Assembly (NCBI GenBank): GCA_965219455.1
Contig: OZ244744.1
Location: 2,272,001-2,336,000 of the forward strand
Source: Candidatus Latescibacterota bacterium
GTDB lineage: Bacteria; Latescibacterota; UBA2968; GCA-2709665
Direction: 5' to 3'
Length of the DNA: 64,000 nucleotides
Shown: piece by piece, positions 28,815 through 37,621 of the stretch
Numbering within the stretch: position 1 is the stretch's first letter
Layout: each line of letters begins with the position of its first letter
Made by a program: the position numbers and the translations under genes
Notes under the pieces: generated by a model
What the model saw: only the letters and a program-made list of their open reading frames with translations
Told to the model about the DNA's origin: nothing
The model's database searches: none

Positions 28815-28906
28815 CAATTGCAGCGTGTTGGACGGACACTATTCCGTCCTCCGCGACGCCCAAAGATAGCTATATTGCTGTTCAGAAGCGAACAGAAATG
28901 TCCGCC
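28815..28906 (-). repeat. Duplicated promoter/leader block (copy 2)
   Basis: Matches 26160-26250; contains a minus-strand TATCTT -10-like hexamer. Confidence 0.8.
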
Positions 28907-28959
28907 CGACGGTACATCGGGCCGAAGGTCCCGGCGACAGTCATTGAAATGACCGGGAA

Positions 28960-31035
28960 TCATTCGGTCTTCCTGGGGTTCTCGAAGATAGCCAGCTCGT
29001 TGTTCAGAAGGGCGTAGATATGATCGCCCTCCAATATAAACTTGTCTCGGCCACGTGGAGTGTCTTGCGAAGTGTAGTCGAACATGCGCGCGTTTAGCCG
29101 ATACCTGAACCGATCAGACAGCGACAGCCCGAGCGTCTCCTTCCGCGCATAGGCGCCGTAAATGGTCCTGGCGTACGTCTGGACCGCGTTTCCTCGCAGG
29201 GCGTATGCGGAATCCCCATCGATCATCATCAACCGCGGCAGACGGGTCCACGGGAGATAATCGACCTCAAGTGGCTTTCGTGGATCGCTGATGTCCAAGA
29301 TAGCGACTTCGCGGGGGAGGTGTCTCTCAACATAAGCCCGGCCTTCGGTCAAGGTAAGCGGTCCCAGACTGGGAGGTGCGACGAGCGCGAGCACTTGAAT
29401 TCCGCGGGATTGCATCATGCGTTCGAGCACCCGCGCAAACCTGGGACCCGCTTTTGCCTGTATCCTCTCGAGACGCTCGGGTAGCTCTCCTGATGCCATC
29501 TGTTGTTGGAATTCCTCAATCATGGTCTCGTATCGGACGGAACGACCGAATCGATGAAGCGTTGTCCGGCTCAATATTTCGGGGCGCCCGGAATCTGCAA
29601 GATCCAGAATCAGAAAATCGTGTCCAAGCGTCATAAACGCACGTGAACCTGAAAATCGCATTGCCCATTCGTTGTTCCAGGCATGTTTCTCCGCCTCTTC
29701 GACCCGCATTACATGAACTTGCTTCGGCCGGCCACCTTCTCGTATATCGAAACTATGCATCTCCAGGAACTCTTCCCGGATAATACCCGCGTACAGATGA
29801 TTCTCCCATATCGCCCACCCTACGAGCCGGGGAATGCGCCGCAGCCACGGGGTTGCACCTTTCTCAACCGGATACAACAGGCGCTTCGCCTCCAACCGAG
29901 GACGGTCTGGCCGGCTGAGGTCAAATGTTACAACGCCCACGCTGTCGCGGAATTCGCCCCAGACGTAGGCGCGGGACCCGGATAACGCCAATCGTTCGAG
30001 ACGCCAACCTTTCCCTCTGGCCTGGCCGAGTTCGATTGGCGCCGACGCATCCGACACGTCCACCACGCTCAGGTCCCGCTCGAGCAGCACTACCGCAAGT
30101 CCATCCTTCAATGCCAGGTCCATCATCTTTGTCTTGTAAGACACGCGCCCTACAGGCGCGAAATGGGGATGACGGTGCGGAGATCCGAAGTGATCCACTC
30201 CGATGGCGACAACTGCGCAGATCAGCGCGATCCCTCCAAACACCCACTGGAAACGCCGACTTAAGTGTTCTTTGAATACACGACAGGCCAACACCAGAAT
30301 GCCCCCTGTCACCAGTACGGCTACCGCCCCCCTGGTCAACAAAAGAGGTACGTCGAACGCCTTTCGAAGGATTCCGGCGTGGTCGTGCACGCCAATGGAG
30401 AAAAGGAGCCTGAAATAGAATGCGACGATTGGCGGCCCCCAGTTCCACGCGATCATTATAACTACGTATGCTATCCATCCGGCGAACAGACACGTCACCA
30501 CCGTCTTGAGCGGATGGTTGGTAAGCGTCGAGACCAGCACGGACATACCATAGGGAATCAAGCTGACCAGAAACCATAAGAATACGGTTCGTCCATATCC
30601 AACGTCAGCCAGAATCTCATCAGGCTGCCAATTTGGCCACAAGATCAGAGACCGAGGAGGGAAGAAACCCAATTCATCAACGAAATTTCCATCTATTGCC
30701 ATATCAATAAATACGCCCGCCCAGAAAGAGGCCAGTACCACCAGGAGTCCGACAGCGCCAACGATGAACTTTGTCACCAGAATCTTCCAGGAAGCAATGG
30801 GCCTGCACAAGAGAAAGGGCAGGGTCATCCGGCTGCGCTCCCGAGCGATCGCATCCATCCCCATCAGCACCGCGCCAAAGAGACCTACCGAGTGACTGAC
30901 GACATTGACATCTGCAGGGGCGAATTCCCATTGGGAGAAAACCAGCCCGACAATCATCGCCAACCCCGCGCATGCGACGACTTTGTAGGCGGCCTCCCGT
31001 CCTTCCTTCCAGAGCAGAGCCAGAGTCGGGTTCAT
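28960..31035 (-). CDS. ABC-2-type permease fused to an extracytoplasmic LVIVD-like repeat domain
   Basis: LLWKE, ARERSRMTLPFLLCRPI..ILVTKF; multiple TM helices; VVDVSDASAP, ILDLADSGRP and ILDISDPRKP repeats. Confidence 0.8.
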   Translation of the reverse strand: MNPTLALLWKEGREAAYKVVACAGLAMIVGLVFSQWEFAPADVNVVSHSVGLFGAVLMGMDAIARERSRMTLPFLLCRPIASWKILVTKFIVGAVGLLVVLASFWAGVFIDMAIDGNFVDELGFFPPRSLILWPNWQPDEILADVGYGRTVFLWFLVSLIPYGMSVLVSTLTNHPLKTVVTCLFAGWIAYVVIMIAWNWGPPIVAFYFRLLFSIGVHDHAGILRKAFDVPLLLTRGAVAVLVTGGILVLACRVFKEHLSRRFQWVFGGIALICAVVAIGVDHFGSPHRHPHFAPVGRVSYKTKMMDLALKDGLAVVLLERDLSVVDVSDASAPIELGQARGKGWRLERLALSGSRAYVWGEFRDSVGVVTFDLSRPDRPRLEAKRLLYPVEKGATPWLRRIPRLVGWAIWENHLYAGIIREEFLEMHSFDIREGGRPKQVHVMRVEEAEKHAWNNEWAMRFSGSRAFMTLGHDFLILDLADSGRPEILSRTTLHRFGRSVRYETMIEEFQQQMASGELPERLERIQAKAGPRFARVLERMMQSRGIQVLALVAPPSLGPLTLTEGRAYVERHLPREVAILDISDPRKPLEVDYLPWTRLPRLMMIDGDSAYALRGNAVQTYARTIYGAYARKETLGLSLSDRFRYRLNARMFDYTSQDTPRGRDKFILEGDHIYALLNNELAIFENPRKTE

Positions 31036-31931
31036 GGATGTCCTCCTGAGTCCGGTCGTACGTGGGCGACGAATGCTTCTTCCAGGCCTACGTCCAGCAC
31101 ATCCAGGATACGCCCGCCCTGCGCCCGGATGCGCGCGGCCTGTGCCTCGCCGTACCCCACCACCGTCAACATCCGCCGCGGACCCTCTCCCTGCACCTGG
31201 CGCAGGCCCTCGATATCCGGCAGTTCATCCGCACCATCCGGCATGCGCACCACCATGCGCTTGACCGACCCCTTCACCTCGTCCACCGTGCCGTCGGCCA
31301 CCAGGCGGCCGTTGTCGATAATGGCCACGCGGTCGGCCACGCGCTCCACTTCGTGTACCAGGTGCGAGGACAGGAAGACCGTGCGGCCCTCCTCCTGGAT
31401 GAGCCCTATAATGCTCTCGAGAAAGTCTCTCCGCACCACCACGTCCAGCCCCGAAGCCGGCTCGTCCAGGATCAGCAGCCGCGGCTCGTGGCCCAGCGCG
31501 AGGGCGAGGGCCAGTTGGGCGTTCATCCCTCGGGACAGGTGCTTCACCTTCTGTTCCGGATCCAGGCCGAACCCCTCGATGAGTTCGTCCACCTTTTCCT
31601 GGTTCCACGTGTCGTAGAACTGACCAGTGAACCAGATGAGTTCACGCACCCTCATCCACCCGTACATCACGCGATTCTCCGCCACGTATCCCACCTGCCG
31701 CCGAAGCGCCAGGGAATCCGTCACAGGATCCAGCCCAAGGACCTCGGCCGTCCCTTCCGTGGGCTGCAAAAGGTTCATGAGTATCTGAATCGTCGTGGTC
31801 TTGCCCGCGCCGTTGCGGCCGAGAAAACCGCACACCGTACCCGCGGGGACCTCCAGCCGTAGATCGTCCACGGCCGTGAGTCTGCCGAATCGATGGGTCA
31901 ACCCTTCAATTGCGATCGCTGTTCCGTTCAT
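31032..31931 (-). CDS. ABC transporter ATP-binding protein (YtrB-like)
   Basis: GRNGAGKTT, LSRGM, LDEPASGLD, SSH. Confidence 0.95.
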   Translation of the reverse strand: MNGTAIAIEGLTHRFGRLTAVDDLRLEVPAGTVCGFLGRNGAGKTTTIQILMNLLQPTEGTAEVLGLDPVTDSLALRRQVGYVAENRVMYGWMRVRELIWFTGQFYDTWNQEKVDELIEGFGLDPEQKVKHLSRGMNAQLALALALGHEPRLLILDEPASGLDVVVRRDFLESIIGLIQEEGRTVFLSSHLVHEVERVADRVAIIDNGRLVADGTVDEVKGSVKRMVVRMPDGADELPDIEGLRQVQGEGPRRMLTVVGYGEAQAARIRAQGGRILDVLDVGLEEAFVAHVRPDSGGHP

Positions 31932-31950
31932 ATCCACTCCTTGCTCCCGG

Positions 31951-32340
31951 TCAATCTTTGTTCCGAAACCGGTCGAGGCGTTCCCGGATGACCTTCTCCA
32001 TTTCCTCCGGGGACAGTTCCAGTTCGATGCCCTGCACCAGCGCCCTGTCCAGCAATTCCCTCACGATCTTCAACTTTTCCTCGCGTGAAATGGTTACGTC
32101 CCGCTCCGCGACGTACGTGCCCATCCCCCGCTTCTTGTAGATGAAGCCCTCGCGTTCCAGTTCCAGATAGGCGCGCGCCACGGTATTCGGGTTGATCAGG
32201 TACTGGCCGGCGAGTTCCCGGACCGAGGGCAACTCTTCGTGCGCCTTCAGCACCCCCCGTGCCATCTGGTACCTGATCTGCTCCATCATCTGCAGGTAGA
32301 TGGGTACACCGTTGGCCGAATCAATGCGCAAGGTCAACAT
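31951..32340 (-). CDS. GntR family regulator, YtrA subfamily
   Basis: PIYLQ..LPSVRELA..INPNTVARAY..G.GTYV with a short C-terminus. Confidence 0.95.
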   Translation of the reverse strand: MLTLRIDSANGVPIYLQMMEQIRYQMARGVLKAHEELPSVRELAGQYLINPNTVARAYLELEREGFIYKKRGMGTYVAERDVTISREEKLKIVRELLDRALVQGIELELSPEEMEKVIRERLDRFRNKD

Positions 32341-32464
32341 GGCAATGTTCCGATTTCACCCAATCCTGACAAAGTACACTATCAGGACCGGGTTTCGACG
32401 TCCCAGACCGCCGTCCGGGCGTCATTACGTTTCAAGTGAAATGCTCGGCGAGTATTGCATGGAG

Positions 32465-32524
32465 TATTACTGTATGAGTGAACCGATACAGTAATATACT
32501 AATTAATCCGGCATTGAAAAGCAA
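32465..32524 (-). promoter_or_regulatory. Sigma70 promoter with adjacent inverted-repeat operator
   Basis: TTGCTT (32524-32519)-17-TAGTAT (32501-32496); perfect 11-bp IR TATTACTGTAT-N10-ATACAGTAATA at 32465-32496. Confidence 0.75.
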
Positions 32525-32762
32525 GTGCTTTTTCGCAACCAAGTTAAACAAAGGGCCGGTACGTGATACCGATATGTAGATAATTTATAAAAGAATCAAT
32601 ATGTTAGTGGAGGGGCTTCTTATTCTGGCGGGAACAAAGAAGCATTTTGGAGGGGCCGAACGATGTAGGGCACGAGGAAAATCTCGAAATTGTGGTCGAG
32701 CACAAAGAGGCGGAAGCATTGTGCAACATTTGTATTTCAACGCCTAACGCGACCTTAAGCGT

Positions 32763-33956
32763 TTAGAATAAGTCTCGTTGGGTCGACATTAGTTTGTCTG
32801 GGGGCTTCGATACCTCATCGACGCGAATTGCCTCAGATAGACCATCTGCTGATTCGAATATTTCCTCATCGCATCCATTGTACAATCCACAGTATTTCTC
32901 CTGCGGATTCGGATCATAGATCAACTCGATTTCCCCGTTAGTGCACATTCTCATTTCCCTGACGTCATTGAACAATATTCCCACCTCCTGCTTTGTCATA
33001 ACGGGAAATCCGTAGTTTTCGTTTCTGTACTTCAACGTACGCCCTGAAGCTGTTCTTTCCCTTACGAATTCCAGGTGTCTCGCCAATCTCTCGCTAATAT
33101 ACCGATTGGATGATGCCACGATCTCGGTTGTTCTTTTCGCCAGTGCATCTACAAAGTTAGGGTCGATCTCATAGCCTACACTGTTTCTGCAAGAAGCCAT
33201 TGCAGCCGCCATGGAAGTACCGGTCCCTAAGAATGGATCCAGGACCAGATCTTCTTTCACCGAGAACATATTTAGCAGCCTATACGCAAGTTCAAAAGGA
33301 AAAGCCGCACTTCTCTTGCGTAGATTCTCGTCATCCAGGTCCTGCTTGGCTCCCTTTAGATCAAGCCAAACGTCCGAAAACCACACATTCCTTTCTTCCC
33401 AGAAAAATCCGCTTCTCCTCCTGTGGAGTCTATCGGCTTCTCGTGCGAACTCCCGTTTTCCACCCTTTCTCAAAAGAAGAATAAACTCATGCTCCAAGGT
33501 TACGTAAGCACCAGGCGGCAACATTCCGCTGCCCATGAATTTATTCGGTGCGTTGGTCTGTTTTCTCCAGAGTATCTCGGGTAATGCCTGAAAACCAGCC
33601 GTAAGGCAATTGCACATTATTCTTGAATGACTGGGGTAGAGCTTGAAATCCCCGTTTATCTTTCTTGTGGCGTCACCCACGTTTATGCAGACGATACCCC
33701 CCGGTTTTACAACTCTGTAGACTTCATTCCAGACATTGTCGAGAAGCCGATTCATCAACTCGAATGCACGATTACCATCATTGCTCCGCAATGCTTCACC
33801 AATTTCAGGATTCTGCTTGGTAAATGCGACATCCCACATTTCAATCATCGGGTAAGGTGGTGACGTAATCACCAAATCCACCGATTCATTCTTGAGTTCC
33901 TTCATGTTTTCGGAATTCTCATAAAATACTGTATGTAATGTCTTTAGGTCGCCCAT
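32763..33956 (-). CDS. Type II amino-DNA methyltransferase, beta class (probably m4C)
   Basis: ITSPPY precedes VLDPFLGTGT; adjacent to the restriction endonuclease. Confidence 0.92.
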   Translation of the reverse strand: MGDLKTLHTVFYENSENMKELKNESVDLVITSPPYPMIEMWDVAFTKQNPEIGEALRSNDGNRAFELMNRLLDNVWNEVYRVVKPGGIVCINVGDATRKINGDFKLYPSHSRIMCNCLTAGFQALPEILWRKQTNAPNKFMGSGMLPPGAYVTLEHEFILLLRKGGKREFAREADRLHRRRSGFFWEERNVWFSDVWLDLKGAKQDLDDENLRKRSAAFPFELAYRLLNMFSVKEDLVLDPFLGTGTSMAAAMASCRNSVGYEIDPNFVDALAKRTTEIVASSNRYISERLARHLEFVRERTASGRTLKYRNENYGFPVMTKQEVGILFNDVREMRMCTNGEIELIYDPNPQEKYCGLYNGCDEEIFESADGLSEAIRVDEVSKPPDKLMSTQRDLF

Positions 33957-34043
33957 CTTGCTCCATCGTCCTCCTGAATTGTCTGCACGAAGAAGTGCCT
34001 TATCCAGTTTTTCCAAGGAATCGGGGCAATAATTACTTTCCGA

Positions 34044-34643
34044 TCAAAATAGCATCGGCGGTTCTTCATCTGGAATCTCTATCGTAATACCGTCTTTCTT
34101 CTTATCGTAATAGACAATCGTTACCTGAATTGAATCGGCCAGGCTTGGCTTTGATTTAAAACTGATTGGTTTAATTGAAAACGGCTGGTCGCCAACAAAT
34201 CCATCGATTCCTTGTGCCTCTTCATACGGATGTGCCAAGCGGTAATCACAACCCTTCAATTCCGCGAGTCTTTTCAAAATTGCTTCTTGAAACCGGAGGC
34301 CAGCAAAAGTCTTCACAAGCACCAAATCCTCGACCCATCTCATCACAAGCTCCCGGCCAATGGCCGGAAATGTTGCTTGGATATTTTCCAGCATAGACGT
34401 AATTCGATCAGTCGCCACATCAATCGCGTCGGGGTATCTCTCGAGATACCACTGGACCCACTCTTGATATGTTTTGCCTGGAAACTCCTGAATCAGATCG
34501 CTCATCTGTCCGACCACCTTCGGCCTGGTTCCCTGCGCGTTTTGATTCGCAAGATTAATTATCTGAGTGGAGTACTTTGGAAAATCCGAAACAGGGGCGT
34601 CCAAGTACTCCTGAATCTCTTCGTTTTTGAGCTTAAATCTCAC
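34044..34643 (-). CDS. MjaI-family type II restriction endonuclease
   Basis: FPKYSTQIINLANQNAQGTRPKVVGQMSDLI, EEAQGIDG..SIKP (PD-(D/E)xK-like). Confidence 0.85.
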   Translation of the reverse strand: MRFKLKNEEIQEYLDAPVSDFPKYSTQIINLANQNAQGTRPKVVGQMSDLIQEFPGKTYQEWVQWYLERYPDAIDVATDRITSMLENIQATFPAIGRELVMRWVEDLVLVKTFAGLRFQEAILKRLAELKGCDYRLAHPYEEAQGIDGFVGDQPFSIKPISFKSKPSLADSIQVTIVYYDKKKDGITIEIPDEEPPMLF

Positions 34644-34842
34644 GTATAACCTCGGATAATCAAGTCCTTAGTTGTCTGGCTTGCCCTACAACTACGAAAT
34701 TCCATTCGATGGTGGCCAATGCCTATCTCTAATTGACAATCGTCCGGACCCATGTTGAGAATCCCCAACAGGCTTTTACTTTCACCAATTTCCGAAATAT
34801 CCGTGCGATATCCCCTTGAAAATTAAACAGTTATGGATTCTC

Positions 34843-35481
34843 TCATCTAGTCTTCCATCTGCCAGGACAATATAGTTCGAAGCCATCCTTTGTAGTTATT
34901 TTTTCCGGTAACATACTGATTTTAAGGTTCTTTCTCCCGATCACGAATGTACCGGTGGCCACTCCGTTCAATGCTCCTGACCACCTGTGGGGGGGAAAGG
35001 CGACTACGACACGCTTTTGATACAATTCAACCACCTTCTCTACCGGGGGCACAAGGTCGCTATCGCCAGATATCAAAATTGCTGTGTCCAATTTATCTTG
35101 TTGGGAATCGACCAACATTTCGACAGCAATCGCGACATCAGTCCTCTTTTCTTCCGGGTTATCCCAATTGAACTTACAGGAAGGACAATACATCTCCTTC
35201 TGAACATAGTGTCCCCAATAGAATTCGATACCGCCTTTCGCTCGCAATGCTTCAAGATAAGTGTTTTGTCTCTTCCACTTGCCGCGGTCTCTATTGTTCT
35301 GAGACACACGGGACGTGAAATATTTCACCTCTATCAAAGTCTGCCGTCCGAGAAGCAGATTATAAGACAAAAGCCTCAAATCCAGCCAAAGAAAACGATT
35401 CTTCCATTTTGACTTTAGACCATAGTAGAGATTGAACCCATCTATATATACAATTACACGATCTTTGCAAGCTTGTTTCAT
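34843..35481 (-). CDS. NYN domain (LabA/DUF88, PIN-like) ribonuclease
   Basis: YIDGFNLY, EEKRTDV, ISGDSDLVP; CPSC insert. Confidence 0.92.
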   Translation of the reverse strand: MKQACKDRVIVYIDGFNLYYGLKSKWKNRFLWLDLRLLSYNLLLGRQTLIEVKYFTSRVSQNNRDRGKWKRQNTYLEALRAKGGIEFYWGHYVQKEMYCPSCKFNWDNPEEKRTDVAIAVEMLVDSQQDKLDTAILISGDSDLVPPVEKVVELYQKRVVVAFPPHRWSGALNGVATGTFVIGRKNLKISMLPEKITTKDGFELYCPGRWKTR

Positions 35482-35494
35482 GGGGAGTTTTCGC

Positions 35495-35523
35495 TTGACA
35501 GACTCTCGTCAGGATGTTAAATT
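35495..35523 (+). promoter_or_regulatory. Sigma70 promoter for a putative antisense RNA
   Basis: TTGACA-17 bp-TAAATT. Confidence 0.7.
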
Positions 35524-35529
35524 GTCTTT

Positions 35530-35606
35530 GTGCTTAGCATATTGCCCCCCGGAGGATAGCATTCTCCGGCCGACGCTCCTGTCTCGCGGCAGGGGCGTTT
35601 CTTTTG
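35530..35606 (+). ncRNA. Putative ~75-nt cis-antisense sRNA to the NYN 5' leader
   Basis: Own promoter; hairpin CCGGAGGAT-AGC-ATTCTCCGG; terminator ACGCTCCTGTC-TCGC-GGCAGGGGCGT-TTCTTTT with G-U pairs favouring the + strand. Confidence 0.55.
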
Positions 35607-35618
35607 TTGCCAACATCA

Positions 35619-35647
35619 AGCATAACATATAGTTATTTACCAGTCAA
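35619..35647 (-). promoter_or_regulatory. Sigma70 promoter of the NYN gene
   Basis: TTGACT-17 bp-TATGCT on the minus strand. Confidence 0.7.
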
Positions 35648-35806
35648 GGGATTTATCTCGGCACAGTAGGTGGGCGCCGGCTGGTGGCCTGACCGATGGA
35701 TCGCTGCATTTGGGTCCGTTTTCGGCTGTACCTGTTTCGGCATGCGCGCCCGTCACTTCCTAATGACGATGAAATCGACCGATTCCCGCAGGGGAGTCGG
35801 CTTCCA

Positions 35807-36499
35807 ATGGAGTTGGATGTCTTGTTGACTTCCGAAGAGTGGATGGTTCTGGCCCTCTCGCTGCGCGTGGGGCTGGTCTGCGTGTTATTGAGCCTGCCTC
35901 CGGCGGTGGTTTTGGGATGGGTGCTTGCCCGGTGTGAATTCAAGGCCAAGATGCTGCTGGACGGCTTGTGCCACCTGCCCCTGGTGCTGCCGCCCGTGGT
36001 GACCGGCTACGTGCTCCTCTTGCTCTTCAGCCGCAGGGGCATTCTGGGCGGTTTTCTGGAGGAGGCGCTGGGAATCCAGGTCGCCTTTACGTGGAAAGGG
36101 GCGGCGCTGGCATCGGCTGTTGTGGGGTTTCCCCTGGCGTTGCGCGCCATCCGGCTGGCCATTGAGCATGTGGACCCCCGGCTGGAACAGGCAGCCCGTA
36201 CATTGGGCGCTGGCCCACTCAGGGTTTTTGTGACGGTAACAATGCGGCTGGCCGCACCCGGGCTGCTGGTTGGCGCGATGCTGGCATTCGCGAGAAGCCT
36301 GGGAGAGTTCGGCGCCACGATCACCTTCGTGTCGAATATCGCCGGGGAAACCCGAACCCTGCCCCTGGCGATCTTCACGTTTCTAAACAGGCCCGGCGGC
36401 GACGCGGCCGTAGCCCGGCTGGCGATCCTGTCCGTGATCCTGTCATTTGCGGCGCTGGTGGCCAGCGAGGCGGTGGCCCGGCGAATGAGGAGAAACTGA
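35807..36499 (+). CDS. modB: Molybdate ABC transporter permease
   Basis: LPLVLPPVVTGY, AARTLGA, FARSLGEFGATI. Confidence 0.95.
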   Translation: MELDVLLTSEEWMVLALSLRVGLVCVLLSLPPAVVLGWVLARCEFKAKMLLDGLCHLPLVLPPVVTGYVLLLLFSRRGILGGFLEEALGIQVAFTWKGAALASAVVGFPLALRAIRLAIEHVDPRLEQAARTLGAGPLRVFVTVTMRLAAPGLLVGAMLAFARSLGEFGATITFVSNIAGETRTLPLAIFTFLNRPGGDAAVARLAILSVILSFAALVASEAVARRMRRN

Positions 36500-36500
36500 A

Positions 36501-37580
36501 GTGCTATCCATCCGCGTGAGGCGGGCGCTGCCGGGATTTACCCTTGACGTGGCGGTGGAATGTCCCTATCCGGCGACGGCGATTTTCGGTCCTTCCGGCG
36601 CGGGAAAAACCACGCTGTTGAACCTGGTGGCAGGCCTGCTGCTGCCGGACGCCGGGGAAATCCGACTTGGCGATCGCGTACTGTTTTCGTCCGAAGCGGG
36701 CGTCAATCTGCCGCCTGAACAGCGCCGCGTGGGTTACGTCTTCCAGGAAGATCTGTTGTTCCCGCATCTGACGGTGATGGAGAATCTGCGATACGGGTAC
36801 GATCTTCTGTCTCCGGATTCTCGCAGATTCGAGGTGGAACCGGTTGCGGGCCTTCTGGAATTGACGGGGTTGCTGGACAGGCGTCCGACGCGGCTGTCGG
36901 GCGGCGAGCGGCAGCGGGTGGCGCTGGGGCGGGCGATTCTGGCCTCGCCGGAATTGCTCCTGATGGATGAGCCCCTGGCTTCGCTGGATCAGGAATTGAA
37001 AGATCGCATCATCCCGTACCTGCGACACATCAGGTCGGACCTGGGCATTCCGATTCTCTACGTGAGCCACTCGGTCGCGGAGATCCTGGAATTGACGGGT
37101 CAGGTGATTGTCCTGAAAGCCGGACGCGTGCTTGCGCACGGAGATTTTTTTCACGTCGCCCATCACCCCGAGGTGCTGCCGCTGGCTGAGGCGCACGGGT
37201 TCGAAAACGTGTTACCGGTGGAGGTGGTGGCGCAGGACGGGGTTCGAAAGGGCTGCCGTGTGCGTTTTGGAGATCAGGATCTTCGGGTGCCTCCCTGCAA
37301 CAGACCGGTGGGAAGCCGGATTTTCATCGGTATTCGGGCAAACGACATCATCCTGAGCAGGAAACGGCCCGAAGGGTTGAGCATTCGCAACGCGATACGG
37401 GGCCGGATCCTCGACGTGACGGACGTGGATGGAAAGCAACTGGTCTACGTGGACGTGGGAAAGCGCCTCGCCGTGGAGGTCACCCTGGAGGCTGTGGAAG
37501 AGTTGGACCTTAAGGTTGGCGACCCGGTGATGTGCCTGGTGAAGGCCCACTCGATCCGGATCGGCCCGAACGTGGATTGA
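36501..37580 (+). CDS. modC: Molybdate ABC transporter ATP-binding protein
   Basis: GPSGAGKTT, LPPEQRRVGYVFQ, LSGGERQR; TOBE domain with SIRN. Confidence 0.95.
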   Translation: MLSIRVRRALPGFTLDVAVECPYPATAIFGPSGAGKTTLLNLVAGLLLPDAGEIRLGDRVLFSSEAGVNLPPEQRRVGYVFQEDLLFPHLTVMENLRYGYDLLSPDSRRFEVEPVAGLLELTGLLDRRPTRLSGGERQRVALGRAILASPELLLMDEPLASLDQELKDRIIPYLRHIRSDLGIPILYVSHSVAEILELTGQVIVLKAGRVLAHGDFFHVAHHPEVLPLAEAHGFENVLPVEVVAQDGVRKGCRVRFGDQDLRVPPCNRPVGSRIFIGIRANDIILSRKRPEGLSIRNAIRGRILDVTDVDGKQLVYVDVGKRLAVEVTLEAVEELDLKVGDPVMCLVKAHSIRIGPNVD

Positions 37581-37621
37581 CGGTCGGCAGGATTTGGGAA
37601 ATTCATCTCCAGATCGGAAAT

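Noticed and set aside
32738-32770. Integron attC-like half site (minus strand CGCTTAAGGTCGCGTTAGGC) after the MTase stop
   Set aside because: Only the R'/L'-like half is visible. There is no complementary RYYYAAC arm, no similar site at neighbouring genes and no integrase.
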